A model generated the notes under the pieces. That model saw only the letters and a program-made list of their open reading frames with translations. It was not told where the DNA came from and searched no databases. A stretch of DNA of 56,159 bases, counting the filler, from Perkinsus olseni (lineage: Eukaryota): the NCBI GenBank assembly GCA_013115125.1. It is 3 parts of 3 records of this genome, joined end to end, with 100 filler letters (N's around TTAATTAATTAA, not from the genome) between each part and the next. Parts side by side here need not be neighbours in the genome. Positions count along the whole stretch, not along the records: positions 37,703 to 56,159 come from JABANN010000614.1; 2 more parts are not named here. One strand, 5' to 3'. Shown here piece by piece: positions 42,250 to 54,916 of this stretch. Each line of letters starts with the position of its first letter. Position 1 is the stretch's first letter. The position numbers and the translations under genes were made by a program.

Positions 42250-45200
42250 CCGACCCGTTGACACCGAGCAGTCTGACATCTGGTGAATGCATGTATAGTG
42301 AGCACTGTTCAACTCAACGTAGGGTGATGCTTCAACTTCGTGATTATTTACGAGGTTCCAACGATGCAATACATATTATACATAGGACCTCAGGTGTAGG
42401 GTAGCGTGCCCTCGTTGCGTTAATCTTGCGTATATTCGACAGAGGCACAGAGCTCTTGTGAGCGATTGCGCCTGTTATATCTGTTGGGCAATGCGAAACG
42501 TCCATTATGGAGTGGAAACTACCTCCTGCTGTAGCGCCAACTGAAATGCCCTCCTGTCAATTGATTCGCTGGAATCCGTACACCTTCAGGTACACTGGCA
42601 CTCAGGAACAGCGACGCATCTCGGATGAGGTGTTGAGGACGCTGAAATCGAACGAAGGGTCATGGAGGCTAGTTGATGGCATCTTATCGATGAGCCAGGA
42701 CCCGAACACCAAGTTCTACGTACGTAGTCATGGGCGAATCTGTGGCATTTGCCGGACCACCCGCTTGGTCGTGGATTCATTGCATGGGCCACAGTCGTAT
42801 CTGGGGCAGACTTAGGTCGGAAGCATTCTCGGTGTTTTTTAGGCTCTCCAGTTACTGAAGGAAGCCATCAATACGCGGTGGAATACAATAGGGAAGGAGA
42901 ATCAGGTAGTGACCGTCAGCAGCGAGGAATATGTGGTATATTTGAGTATGGCCACCAAAAAAACGAATTCGACTTTCTCGTTCAAAACGGGTACCGTTTC
43001 GAATATCTTGACAGTAATGAAACCCAATAAATCTTTCTTGAGGTCTTGCATCTCGAATGATAAGAGTTTCTGCCAATCCTGCGCCTCCAAGCATCGACCT
43101 ATCTCAATTGTTATTACTCTCTTATTCGCTCATCGCTGTCGGCATTTTACTTGTATTCTTCTATCAGGAAGGTATCAAGTCCTATGTAGTGTCCCTGAAC
43201 ATCGAGCTAGCGCAGCGAGGGGCCGACCAGCAGAGTCGCCATTTCCTCATGAAGTTGAACGAGACTTTAGTATGCTTGGTTAAACAGGTAAGATGCGCTG
43301 ATACGGACCCTGCAGGAGACACGTTCTTTCAGGAGTGGCGTTTGAATGCATGGGAGTCCTTTATACCGGATCTGTGTATGCTGGCTTATCCCTACTGATG
43401 TGGGTTTAATGACTGAGTGCCAGGTACTTCCGCCAAGAGTTCCCAGAATCTTTGCGAGAACAATCTAAAGATTCTTCAAATGCTGTCGGAGGAGGTGACG
43501 ATATGTTGTCTAGTCTGTTGGCATTACGCATACTGCATCGCCCCGCTCGGTTTGAGTGTTCTTGTTGACCCGCATTGGATAGCTACGCTGACTGCGCGGT
43601 GGGTAAGTCTACCGCTGTTGGGCAGGTATTTGACTTTGGCCCAGAGACGATGACGTCAAGCCGAGTTTTGAAGATGAAGCAAACAATGAGTGCGCAGTTC
43701 GCATGCATATTCGATCTATGTATTATCCTTTTACTTTCCCGCTAGCGTCAAGTGGTCCTTCACCAGGTATGTTCCTGTTCAAGAGTTACGTAGCTGACAA
43801 GAGTTCGGTGAGAGAGGCCCTTATCAAGACCACCCTCAATACACTGTCCCACTTCCTGAAATGGATACCCTTAGGATATGTGAGTACTTCATGATGACGA
43901 CTAAGCATATGAGATGGCGAGCTCAAACCGTTATGAATGTCTTCGATATCCTCGTGCACTCTGAGACGGATCTTCAAGATGGTCGTGTGATAAGGAGAAT
44001 GATGCGAGCTTACCTCAGGTATTCGAGACCGATCTGCTCCCGACACTACTCGGCCATTTCTGGGATCCCCTCTGCTTTCGGATAGAGTGTGCACGATGCC
44101 TCAATGAAGTCGCTTGTTTGAAGATCGGAGACGACCCAGATTCCGGGAAGTAATACGATGGGGCATCGATTATCATTTAGATAGAAAAGGTATCGTGTAC
44201 GATAGAATGCATTGGGCGACACGCGATGGTTATGCTCTACGATGTGCAACGTACGAGGGCAGCCCACCAAACGTATCGACCTGGTATCGACTCTGCCGTA
44301 GAACAAGGCGCGCCATTGGATTGGATCTCCTCTGTATCAACCACTTCGAGAGAAGCTGGCAAATGGCAGTGTCCATGCACTTGGTTTTGTTACTCGGTTC
44401 AGATACGAGCCCACTCTGCTGCAATGCTTCGCTGCTGTTGTTAATAAGCTGCATAGTATTCCGGTGGAGGTCTTCCAGAATTTTGAAGGTCTCAGAGGGC
44501 ACAACCGAGTATTTTGGGAAGTGTTCATGAACCAGGTGAGGCTCAATATAGCAGCACTACTCATCTCAAAAGGTCTTCCGCAAACAATCTACTACTCTCG
44601 GCGTCGTCAGCTTCCCGCGCGGATTGACATGGAGCTGAGTGCGAATTTTTGCTGGATAGGATGAGGTGCGGTATCTCGACTCCTAACTGCCTTGCTCATC
44701 GCCGAGTTATTTTTGAATTCCTGACATCGCAGTGTTGAATTTCGACCGCCAAAGAATCGTCTGTCCACACTAATGGTTCTCAGTTGTCCCTGCTCCTCAC
44801 CAACTTCATTCGCTGTAACATGAAAGCGGTTGTCGGGGTAAGTACCAGTGATGCTGCATGTTCATACTTGCATCGACGCTTGATGAGGCTGTGTTCAGGC
44901 ATATGAGATCACGGGCCCGGCCCTTGCCACTTTGGCGAAGATCTCTACCTTACCGAACGAGGAGATTTTCAAGATATGCGTTGAGTTCTGGCAAATGTTT
45001 GCGGCTCAGCTGTAAGGTGACTTCTTGTTGGCTGAGTTGGCCTAATGGGTGTACCCAGATATCTTGATCGAGAGAAGGCCCGTAAGGAGCAGAGCCAGAA
45101 GATGAAGGCCAGTGGAGACGAACAACAACTGCCGCCGCTGATGCTCAGGTAAGCATATTTCATCAATAAACCTTCATTGCGCATGTATAAGGAAATTACC

Positions 45201-48200
45201 TATGGTGGAATAGGGAGAGCAGGCAGCTGCAGAGCTAGCTCCCTTTTTACACACTTTGCTGAAGTCTGCCGTACAATCGCAGCGATGGCCTCGCGCAGCG
45301 CGATTATTTGTTTTGTATCTTTCAGTTTGAGCGGATCTACTGGGATGTCAGTCGACGTAAAGGCCACCGGCGGGGGGCATGAAGAGGAGATCATCGCGAA
45401 GTATCAACCAATACTAGACAACGTAAGTTTGCCAGAAGACTCGCTAGCTCGTGGATGGTCGTCCTAGGTTCGGAAGGTTATGATCACGAGGATGGCGAAA
45501 CCCCCGGAGGTGACAATCAAGGAAAATGAGGACGGCGAAATCGTAAGCTAGAGGGTTCGAATGTGAACTCCGAAAAGGGGGTTCGAGTTCGCGGTGTCTC
45601 GAACGTGGATTGCTGGATGCAGCACGCTAGGGGTGCCTAATAGGCACTGCCTATTGCCCTGTACACTCTTACGATATAAAATTGTCGAAGATCTCATTTC
45701 ACTTGCACGATCACGAGATTCTGCGTGAAGCCGCATTTCTTATCAATGCATTCCTCACTAGCTCTCCCCAGCTGCAGTTCGCTATTACGCAACCACTCTC
45801 GTACCATTCTGGCAGACCCTGCATGACTTCGTGTCACGAACAATGAGGCCTCTGGGGATGGTCTCGCGTTTGCAACTTTCCTTCAGTCGTGGATCTGTAT
45901 CTTATTCGAGTCAGCATTCGGCCGCCCTCTCCTCAATATTTTAACTGGATATATGTTGACTCCTGGCAAGATGTCTGCGGCAGTGTTCGGCGTGCACTGT
46001 AGGTACGCGAAGGGGAGGTAGACACAGACGAACTAGCGATGTATCGAATGATGCGAGAGTGTTTGATCTACCTAACTCATTTGGATCCTTCCAGCATGGT
46101 GAATATTATGATGGACATCCTCAGCGAGTAAGTCTCCGGCGCTAGGTATATCATGAACGTCATCACTGCTAGGTTTGGGACCAATCAGATTGCTGCTGAT
46201 CATAGTAACAGTGAGTCCCCAGCAGATTGGAATTGCGGCTTACTCAGTCGTCTGTGCTGGTGAGGCCCCCTCTTATACGTGACGCCCTCAAGTCCTTTCT
46301 TTAGGTCGGTGGGCTCGATCTCGGGTGCTCTACCTGAGCACGACGAGAAGACGTTTGTCGTAAGTGCTCCTTTTGGAAGAGTCAGGTTGCGAATCACCGC
46401 CATGCTCATCAGGTCAACGTCATTAAGGATCTCCTCACACTGTGCGAGGTCAAGAGAGGGGTTGAGAACAAGGCGATGGTGGCGTCATGCTTGATGTAGG
46501 CCTGCCTTTCACTCTCTGCCGTGGTATGCGGCTCGCGTGTCGTCGCCCTGCACGTTTGAAACTTCTCGATTCTTCCGGGTGATACGTATCTCGCAGGTAC
46601 GTCGTTGGGCAGTATCCGCGCTTCCTGAAGGCTCATTGGCGGTTCCTGAAGAGTGTCGTCAACAAGTTATTCGAATTCATGCACGAGCAGTTCCCAGGAG
46701 TGAGTGGGGCCCGTCGTCTTGTCAGCAGTTTAGTGCTATCAGGTCAAGGACATGGCCACGGATACATTCTTGAGGATCTGCCAGAAGTGTAGTAAGAAGA
46801 TGGTCGTACTGCAGCCTGGAGAAACCTCACCCTTCGTCAATCAAGTGAGCCCTGGGGTGCATTTGATCTTTGCGATGTGCTCGAAATGGACCGCGACCTG
46901 CGGACGAACTTGCGACTACTTTTCCAACAGCGCAGGGTATCACGCTCAGCGGCTTTCTTGGGATCGCGTTTTTTCATCGTTGCTCTCGCGCAGGTGATTG
47001 AGGCCATACCCCGAGAGACCGCCGATCTCGACGTGCTACAACTCTGTAACTTTTACGAGGCTATGGGGAGAATGATATCCGGTAGAAACAATGCTCGTTC
47101 GGCAGAATGAGTTCGAGCGAGGAAAGGCTCTTGGGGACCCGTACTCTCAACCTTCCGTGGAGGTTGGGTGATTCTTGCTTATTGGGCATGTCTAGTTCTT
47201 CTCAGCGATTCCCGAGATCCCGAAGCAAACCAACTTAGTGAACCAGACCATGGCGGACGTACGGTCGAAGTGGCAAGTTGTGATAAAGCGCGCATCGTTC
47301 GGTGATGAGCGTATATTAGCAGAAGACCAGCAAGTAGGGTATAGTTGGTGTCGCACTGTTGACGCTTACCTCCTCAGGCGATCCGCACGATATCGGCCAT
47401 ACTTCGGTGTTATGAGCGCATGGCTGTTGGAGTTGGCATTGCTAGTGGAGAGGCGATAAAGGACATTTATAGTGACGTGCTACTGGTAATGTTGTTGTCA
47501 TTAGTGCACTTCAAAGATCCTTTGTGCATAGTTGGGCTTTATAGGTTTTAAGCTTATATATATAGACTCCGCAAGCCATACTGAGTGTTACAAAATTGAT
47601 AATAGTGTGCATCGTGAATGAGGGATGGTGCGGTCGAGCACAACTGCCAATAGTCTTCGGCTTGAGTCGTCATGAATCTTCATGGGAAGTAGTAGACTCT
47701 TCCACGGGCTAAGTTCGGATTTCTCAAAAAGTACTGGAGGTTGAAGTCTTCCTGTATAGCCAATGCCACGGGGAGTCACTGCACTGTGAGTTGGCATGCT
47801 CGTTGGGGTACTTTGTGTCACAGGTATACAAGCTCTATTCCCAATGCGTCGGAGCATCTCGTGGATCGTCGGCGATGTTCTCGTGGGAGAATGTGAAGCT
47901 CATGCGGAAGGTAAGAGGCCCCACTGTATCCTCTTGATGATGCTATTTCCATGCAGGTCAAGCGAGACGTGTTGAGGCTGGTGCGTTCCTTCGTGGACTC
48001 GGCGGTGGCCGAGCAGGAGAAGATGAAGGCTGCTCACATGCAGCTCCCTGGTGGGTCATGCTTCTCCAACGATACTTCATAACTCGTGCTCGTCTCATCC
48101 GTTGCTCCACTTTGGTCTGGACTCCTTTTTCGTGCCGACTTCGTTCTATACAGATGATGTCTGCGTGTTGATCTGTTCGCACTTCATCCCGCCAATGCTG

Positions 48201-49696
48201 GAACCGGTTTTAGTGGATTATAACCTAGCGCCGCCCGAAGGACGAGATCCCGAAGTAAGCTCTGCGCAAGCTGAGATTGTGAAAAGGCCTCGTTATTTTC
48301 AGGTGCTCAATCTCCTCACGACTATGTGTTCGCGTCTGTCTAGCTCCGTGGTTGGCATGCTTCCTATGATGTTCGACCAGGTCTTCGAGTCCACCTTAGG
48401 AATGATCAAGGACGACTTCACATCGTGAGCGGACGCCCTCTCAGAGTCGGCTACATCCTCTCTCTTGCAGGTTCCCTGACCATCGGCTGGCATTCTTTCA
48501 ACTGCTCAGCGCCGTTAACGAGAAGTGCTTCGAGTCGTTGTTCCTTTTGCCAAGCCAGGACTTACGGTTATTCGTCGAATCTATGGTAGGCATACTTGTA
48601 TGAGGTAGCGTCGTTTTATCCGAAGATTGATGTAGGTTTTCGGGATCCGACACGAACACCCTACGATAGCAGACATTGCGCTCAAACTCCTGTCAAAGTG
48701 AGCACAGCGCCATGGGTTGGCGTGCGGGCCTCTTTAAACACGACGCTCCCATCCACTGAGTGTTGTGACATATTCACAACGTGTAATTTTTTCTTCGTGC
48801 AGGTTCCTGACACAGGTGATGGCTAACCCGAACCTGGCTCAGTCATTCTTCTCCGAGTATTACGAGAATTTACTGAAACAGGTAGACTGGTTCGTCGCCG
48901 CGAGCTCGGCTGGGCTGAGTGTTGGTCCCTAGGTCCTATTAGTAATGACCGACCGGCATCACAAGTCGGGATTGCGACAACAAGTCCAAATCTTGGCAAT
49001 GCTGATATCCGTTGCGGCGAACTCTCAATCGGCTAACATGCCAAACAAAGAGCGTGAGTTCACAGCAGCTGTTACGGAGTTGTACTTTGAAGGGGACTAA
49101 TTTTCCAGATACAATGGAGTTTCTTGTCGGAGTACTTGCTTCTTCCTTCAACACAACTACTCGAGTGAGTCTGGGCGTAATATGCCATTCTCTAGCATGA
49201 GCTCCCTTCAGGTTGAGTTAGAGGCGTTTGTACTGTCACTGTTCGCTAAGTGCAATGGTCCACCACAAGAGTTTACTCGATGCGTAAGCCCTATGCCCAT
49301 CAATTGTGCGTTCCATGCAAAATTCCGTGATTCAGGTCCAAGACTTCTTAGTTGGCCTTCGGGAGTTCTCCGGAACGACCCCCGAGGAGCTCGACACGTA
49401 CGAGCAGGATAAGCGTAAGCTCCTCGTGCAAACGTTCTCTCTTATTAATCATGACAACGTTCCTCCGGCCTTTCTGTTTTTTTTATGTGTTCAAGGGCGT
49501 GACTCTTAGGGAAAGCGCTAAATGAGCTCCTACAAGGTCGAACTGTGCAAAACGAAGCAGCTAAGGCCGAGTTCTTACAAATGGACAAGATGGTGCCTGG
49601 TCTTGTACCACAGTAAGTTATCCTGGTCGCGCTTCCAAAGTATTACCCGGCACTACCTCGTCCATTAGGTATCATCCCTTACGCGAGGGCCAGTAG
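42250..49696 (+). CDS. XPO1: Exportin-1 (CRM1), many exons; 5' end uncertain
   Basis: [138 protein letters not shown] and [10 protein letters not shown]. Confidence 0.95.
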
Positions 49697-50169
49697 ACCT
49701 GCTGATGTAACACCAGTGCTATCTCCACGGGATACTCCGATGGTCGGCTCTCAACGTACTTGACGACAATTGTTACGATTGATAGTAAATGTGTTTCTAT
49801 CGAGGAGAGTATCCTCAGGGTGTTGATTCGTGTGAATGAAAAGCCGGTTAAAACCCGCGATGCCTCTCGAGAAAAACTATGGGAGAAATGATATAGGTGT
49901 AGGGAAAAGAAAAATACCGCTATATTGGAGTCCTAGTAAAGTGCACAATGCCGCCTCAAGTTCGAAAACTGATCAGATTCTTTCCGATTAGGTGCGAAAG
50001 GAAATCAGGGTCACAGTCCTCACTGCTAAGATACCGAAATGCTAAGCAAGAGCATACTTGTCTCACTCAGAACGCCGAAACTCTGTTGATCTCTTATTGT
50101 AAGTAACAAGTTGTCAACTTGTTACGACAATGTTGTACTGATGAAGAACAGCAAGAGATGTCAGCAAAT

Positions 50170-52532
50170 TCAACGGCGTTTCTTATGTGGGTGATGTTGG
50201 TCCTCGGGAGCTGCCGCCGATACCCTTCGCTTGTTGTCTTTACCACTGGACTGGTTCCCATGACTGTCGTAATCATCGCCATCACCTCTGAAGTCGCTGT
50301 CGCCACTCTCGGACTCGTCTATGTGATCATCAAGCCGACCTGCGAAGGTGCATGTGGATGGCGTGTACATTCGCGAGTATGTCTTCGGGCATTTCTTGAA
50401 GAGCGGCTCTTCGCTCGGATACCAGGAAGTGATCATAGACGGGATTTGACGACTCGTATCTTAGTTGCTCACTCAGTGCATCCGTTATGGAATCTTCTGA
50501 ATCGTCCGCTTCTTCAAAGTAACTTCTCACTCTCCGAAAGTCGGAAATCTGATCAAGATGAATCGAAAGTCAGAAAATTTTTTACCCTGGTAGTGAGCCC
50601 CAGGTAGTACGTTCAAGCCACATTCTCTTCGGTGAGCCGTCACTACCAGAGGTACGAGGGCATGCACGGCTAAGTAGTTCCGATGCGCTTCATCCAAGTT
50701 CGGCACGGTGAAATAATAGAATTGAGGATCTCTGACGCGACAAGCATAACCGTCTCATGTTTAGGTCGACGACCGTTGGATTATCTACAATTCTGTGCGT
50801 CGTCTTAATAGAGGGCCCCAGATGTCAGGAAAATCGAGTATCGAAATTCTTATTGAAACTCAGCGAAATTCACGAACTTCGGCTGGTATTCTGTTATGTT
50901 TCAGCATCAGTGTTTCCGTACTTACGTAGGCCAGTCCACTTTCAATCCTACAGTCGCGGCTGCCGACTGGACGGTATGGCCCCTGATGAAGTGGAGGCCT
51001 TCATACAGGTTCTTGAGCCGGAATGCACAAACTCTTTGTAAAAGATATCTGTTCACGTTGCAGACAACCTTGGTGCAGCCCTAAAACGGTCCCTGCTCTG
51101 GCCAGCGCAGGGATTCCACGTCACTAGGAGAGCTAACTCACTGAGTTGTTGAGTAACCGCCAAAGCCCTTCTGGAAGCCAGGCTCCGCCCGGCATGGCAC
51201 CCGGTAAAATGTAGATGAAGACGCCGTGATTCACGGTCGCGACAGATATCTGGAGCATCCAAGGAGTTGGGGCGAATGCAGCTTCCTTCCTCCCGGTACA
51301 GCGTGGATCCCTTCTTCTCTCTTATTGCACTGTACACCCAGGCCAACGACTCGTTGAGACAGACTAAGAGAAGGAGGAAGTGTTTGCTGCAGTTGGCGTT
51401 CGATATCCGGTTCGGGGAGTGATCTACATTATCTGGGTTATCTCGCTCGGTTCTGACTCGTTCCTCACTGCATTTATGACCGTCGTTCTCTCCAAGCTTA
51501 CCGTGTCGTAATTAGGCATAGACAGCAGAGTGAGAGATGTGGAGAACTGCGGCAAAGCCCTTAACCGGTAGTCCGCACTACTACGAGGACAGGTTTCGAC
51601 AAGAGAGGGCCGACGCAGCGAAGGTCGATTCGTGGGCGTGCATGCAAGAGACGGGCGGGTAGGACCCCGAGCAGCCGAGACGGAGACAAGAACTGTTCGA
51701 GACCTTTGACGCTCCAGTCTTCAAGCCTCTGAACGTCAACACAATCTTGCTGGCTGACCTACCGTCGTGCGGATAGAATGAAGCCACAACGGCCGAGTTC
51801 TTGCATATGGATAATACGTTTCCTGCTCGTGTTCCACAGTGGGCTCCTGCCGCTCTGCTCCGAGTAATTAGCGACTGCTACGTTGGGCATAGCCTGCTGA
51901 ATGTCTCATCTCACTTTTGGACGTCACGTCTCGCTCCTGGATGTCACGTCTTTTCGCTGTTAGACGTCGCGTCTCGTTGCGCTTGGACGACCTCACTATC
52001 ATCTACGCCTGTCAGAAGCGGCGATCGCTTCCATCGTTATGATATGGTCGTATCATGCCAGCATGTGATCTAAAATACCATGAAAGTTGCTAACTCTATG
52101 TGAGACCATATGACGAAAGACATGAGATCTGATGCAGCAGCCTCGTCGCGAGGTCAACGTACGACATCCAGGGTATGTCAGCGGCAGCGTGCTTGCACAC
52201 CTCAAGCCAAACCTTTCGGCGCAATGTGAATCACATTACGTAGCTCGGATCATGGTGGAGAGAGGATAACTACGTTCTTCATGTGTACCTGGATGAACTT
52301 ATTCGCGAGTAGCGGCGAGATAGCGTAAAGTATTTCCATCCAGTTTAATCGGTAGCACGGCGTGACTACTTCGTATGGCGTAATAAGCGACAGACTCGAA
52401 TCGAGTTTCCGGAGGTGTCAGCTCTTCATATGTGAGCTGTCTTTGTTGTGAGATCCAGCAGTCTGCTACCGCTGTCTCATATTCTGCTACGGTGTGGAGA
52501 ACGCCGCCGAGTTGTGACAGCTCAGTAAACAT
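50170..52532 (-). CDS. Probable multi-exon hypothetical gene with an acidic and basic C-terminus (..HHPHKKRR)
   Basis: Protein-like minus-strand blocks with GT/AG edges. Exon chain not resolved. Confidence 0.3.
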
Positions 52533-52641
52533 TTTCTGGTATATTGATTATTTGCGATTAGTATCGCGAAGTCCTGCTGTGGTGTTATCTATGAAGTCCA
52601 TCTTGGGCCCCCGTTCAGGATGAATTTTCCTATTGGCTGAC

Positions 52642-54916
52642 ATGAACGCTATCTCATTAATAATGCTTGCGCAGCAGGGAGGGAGCATGCTGAGCCAGAT
52701 TGGAAAAGGGGGTATGGGATTTGCACTGTGATACGGAGGCGCTATCTGACATTCTCAGGCATTCGGTCCATCGTCTCCAAGAGTTCACAGAGCGGAGGAG
52801 TCCTGTGCCCCCACAGTGTCGGTAAACAAAAGTTCGGATACATACAAGTGAATAAGCGGAACAAGTGAACATCTCGCGTATCTTTGGTTGTTACGCGATG
52901 CTGTAATGCCCTCGTCAAGGTATTTCTATGCTGTCATAGAGGCTGACATTGACCCATTAACGGCCCCGACATTCTTATATCTTGCCGGAGGACCCGGTGA
53001 GAGCAGCCTCATTGCTACAATGGGATTCGCGGGACCCTGCAATCTAGACTCTGCTTCGGACCGCCCAGTGTTGAACGAGTGAGGCCAAGCTACTCATGAA
53101 AGAGCTCGAGCCTTCGTTCCCTTAGATTCTCGTGGACTAAACGAGCCAATAGCGTCTGGGTTGATGCACCAGCTCCTACCGGCTTCAGCACAGGACCGGT
53201 AGAGCGGACCTTGAATGCCGCTGTGGCCAACTTGTAAGGGCAGCACTATGCTGAGAGTTTTCCAGCATTACCGTGTAGGATCCAGTTCGCGGATGAGTTT
53301 TTCAAGAAGAATGAGAAGCTGAATAAAAATGTGCATCTTGTCGGGAGTTCATCATCGGGTACGATTCGAGGAAGTTACTGCATGAACAGAAGAATCTTAT
53401 GGAACCTTGCAGCCTCGGTCCTGGCCATGCTGGGAGCCCGCATCCTCAAAGTGTCAGAGCGTAAGATCGATCTTAAGGGTCTGATGATGATATCGGGCGT
53501 GGTGGGACCATCTGCTCTGTAAGTGGCTCGTATGAGTCACATGAGTGTGCTTGAAAATTCAGTTACCGAGGATGTTTGGAAATTGCTAAAGAAAGGGCAC
53601 TTCTCTCTAAGAAGAAGTTGGGTTGGTGCTCTATGCGTTCCGTTCACGCAAGTGCCTCTGTTTAGCCTCGACAAGATGGAGGCCAACTTGGAGAAGTGCC
53701 TGAAGGGGATCTCTGATTGCAACGAGTTGGGCCCCGGGAGGCCCCCGCTCGGCTGTAGGTTTAGCCACAGACGCGTCGTTGCGGGGATTAGTATCTTCGC
53801 TCTCAGATCATTGTTGGAAAGCTACTGTGACCTGCGAGAGTCTACTTGTGGACCCCATTAGGAAAACCGGGACAAGCGTGTAACCTAGGCAGTGTATACG
53901 GCTGCACTATCGGAATCAATTCGTGGATCCCGTTTCTCTGTTGCATGTCCTCTATTAGCTCTCTACGACGAGGTCTCGTCCCGTAAAATTTGTTTCGTGA
54001 ACATCCATATCACTTCAGTTACGACCTCCGCGTGGACGACGGTAGCGAGGAAGACCTTTATGCCTTTGAACTTGGGGATGTAAGAGCGGCTAGTTGCCGA
54101 GCTACGTCTACACTGCGATTTATGCTGCAACTTCTCTTGCTCGTCGCTGAGTGGCTTGTCCTCCGCTACTTAGTTCGAAGACTTTCTCAATCTCGAAAGC
54201 GTTCAGGAGCACCTGGATGTGTCGAAGTGGTGGTATGTGGAGAACGAAGAAGTTCGTACAACTGACCGCTCTTGCGATCCATGGCTTGATGGCTGCGTCT
54301 GCTAGGTTTTCGAGGTTTTCGGTCAGTATACGACTTACGACACAACTCACTTCGTCACTGAGCTTCTCAACAAGGGGATGAAAGTAATCAAATAAATCTG
54401 ACTGATCCGATAAGCTGAGTCCATTGGTTCACGTTTGGTGATTGCGAACAACCATTCGCGTGAGTATGCCAGTACTGCTCAGGTACTCGTCTTCAATGGT
54501 GACCAGGACTACGTCACCAATACTCTTGGTACACTAAAGTGGCTTTCCTCTCTGGAAGGCACGGAGAAGTACGGGGAGAAGCTTCAGCGGGTTCCCATCA
54601 AAAATCTTGAGGTGAGACAGCAGTGTGATGCTAGGTCTCGCGGCATGTCGCTCATGCATCGCTCAGTACGGTGAAGGCCAGCTTATGGGGAGACTATGGG
54701 CCTCCAAGTACGCGAACGGGGCCGAACTAGCATTCATAGAGGTATGCACTATCGGATCTACTAGAGATGTATCACTCAGTAGGCAATGTCCACTAACGGG
54801 TTCAGTAGCCGCCTCAGGTCACCGAGGCAGGCCACTGCCCTGCATTAAATAAGCCACTGGGAACCCAGAGAGTATTGAATGAATTTTTATCAGGCGAACT
54901 CTGGGATAGGGCATGA
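52642..54916 (+). CDS. Serine carboxypeptidase (peptidase S10), multi-exon
   Basis: FGYI, YFYAVIEA, LAGGPGESS, GPC, FSWTKRANSVWVDAPAPTGFS, HLVGSSS, VLVFNGDQDYVTN and VTEAGH. Confidence 0.9.
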
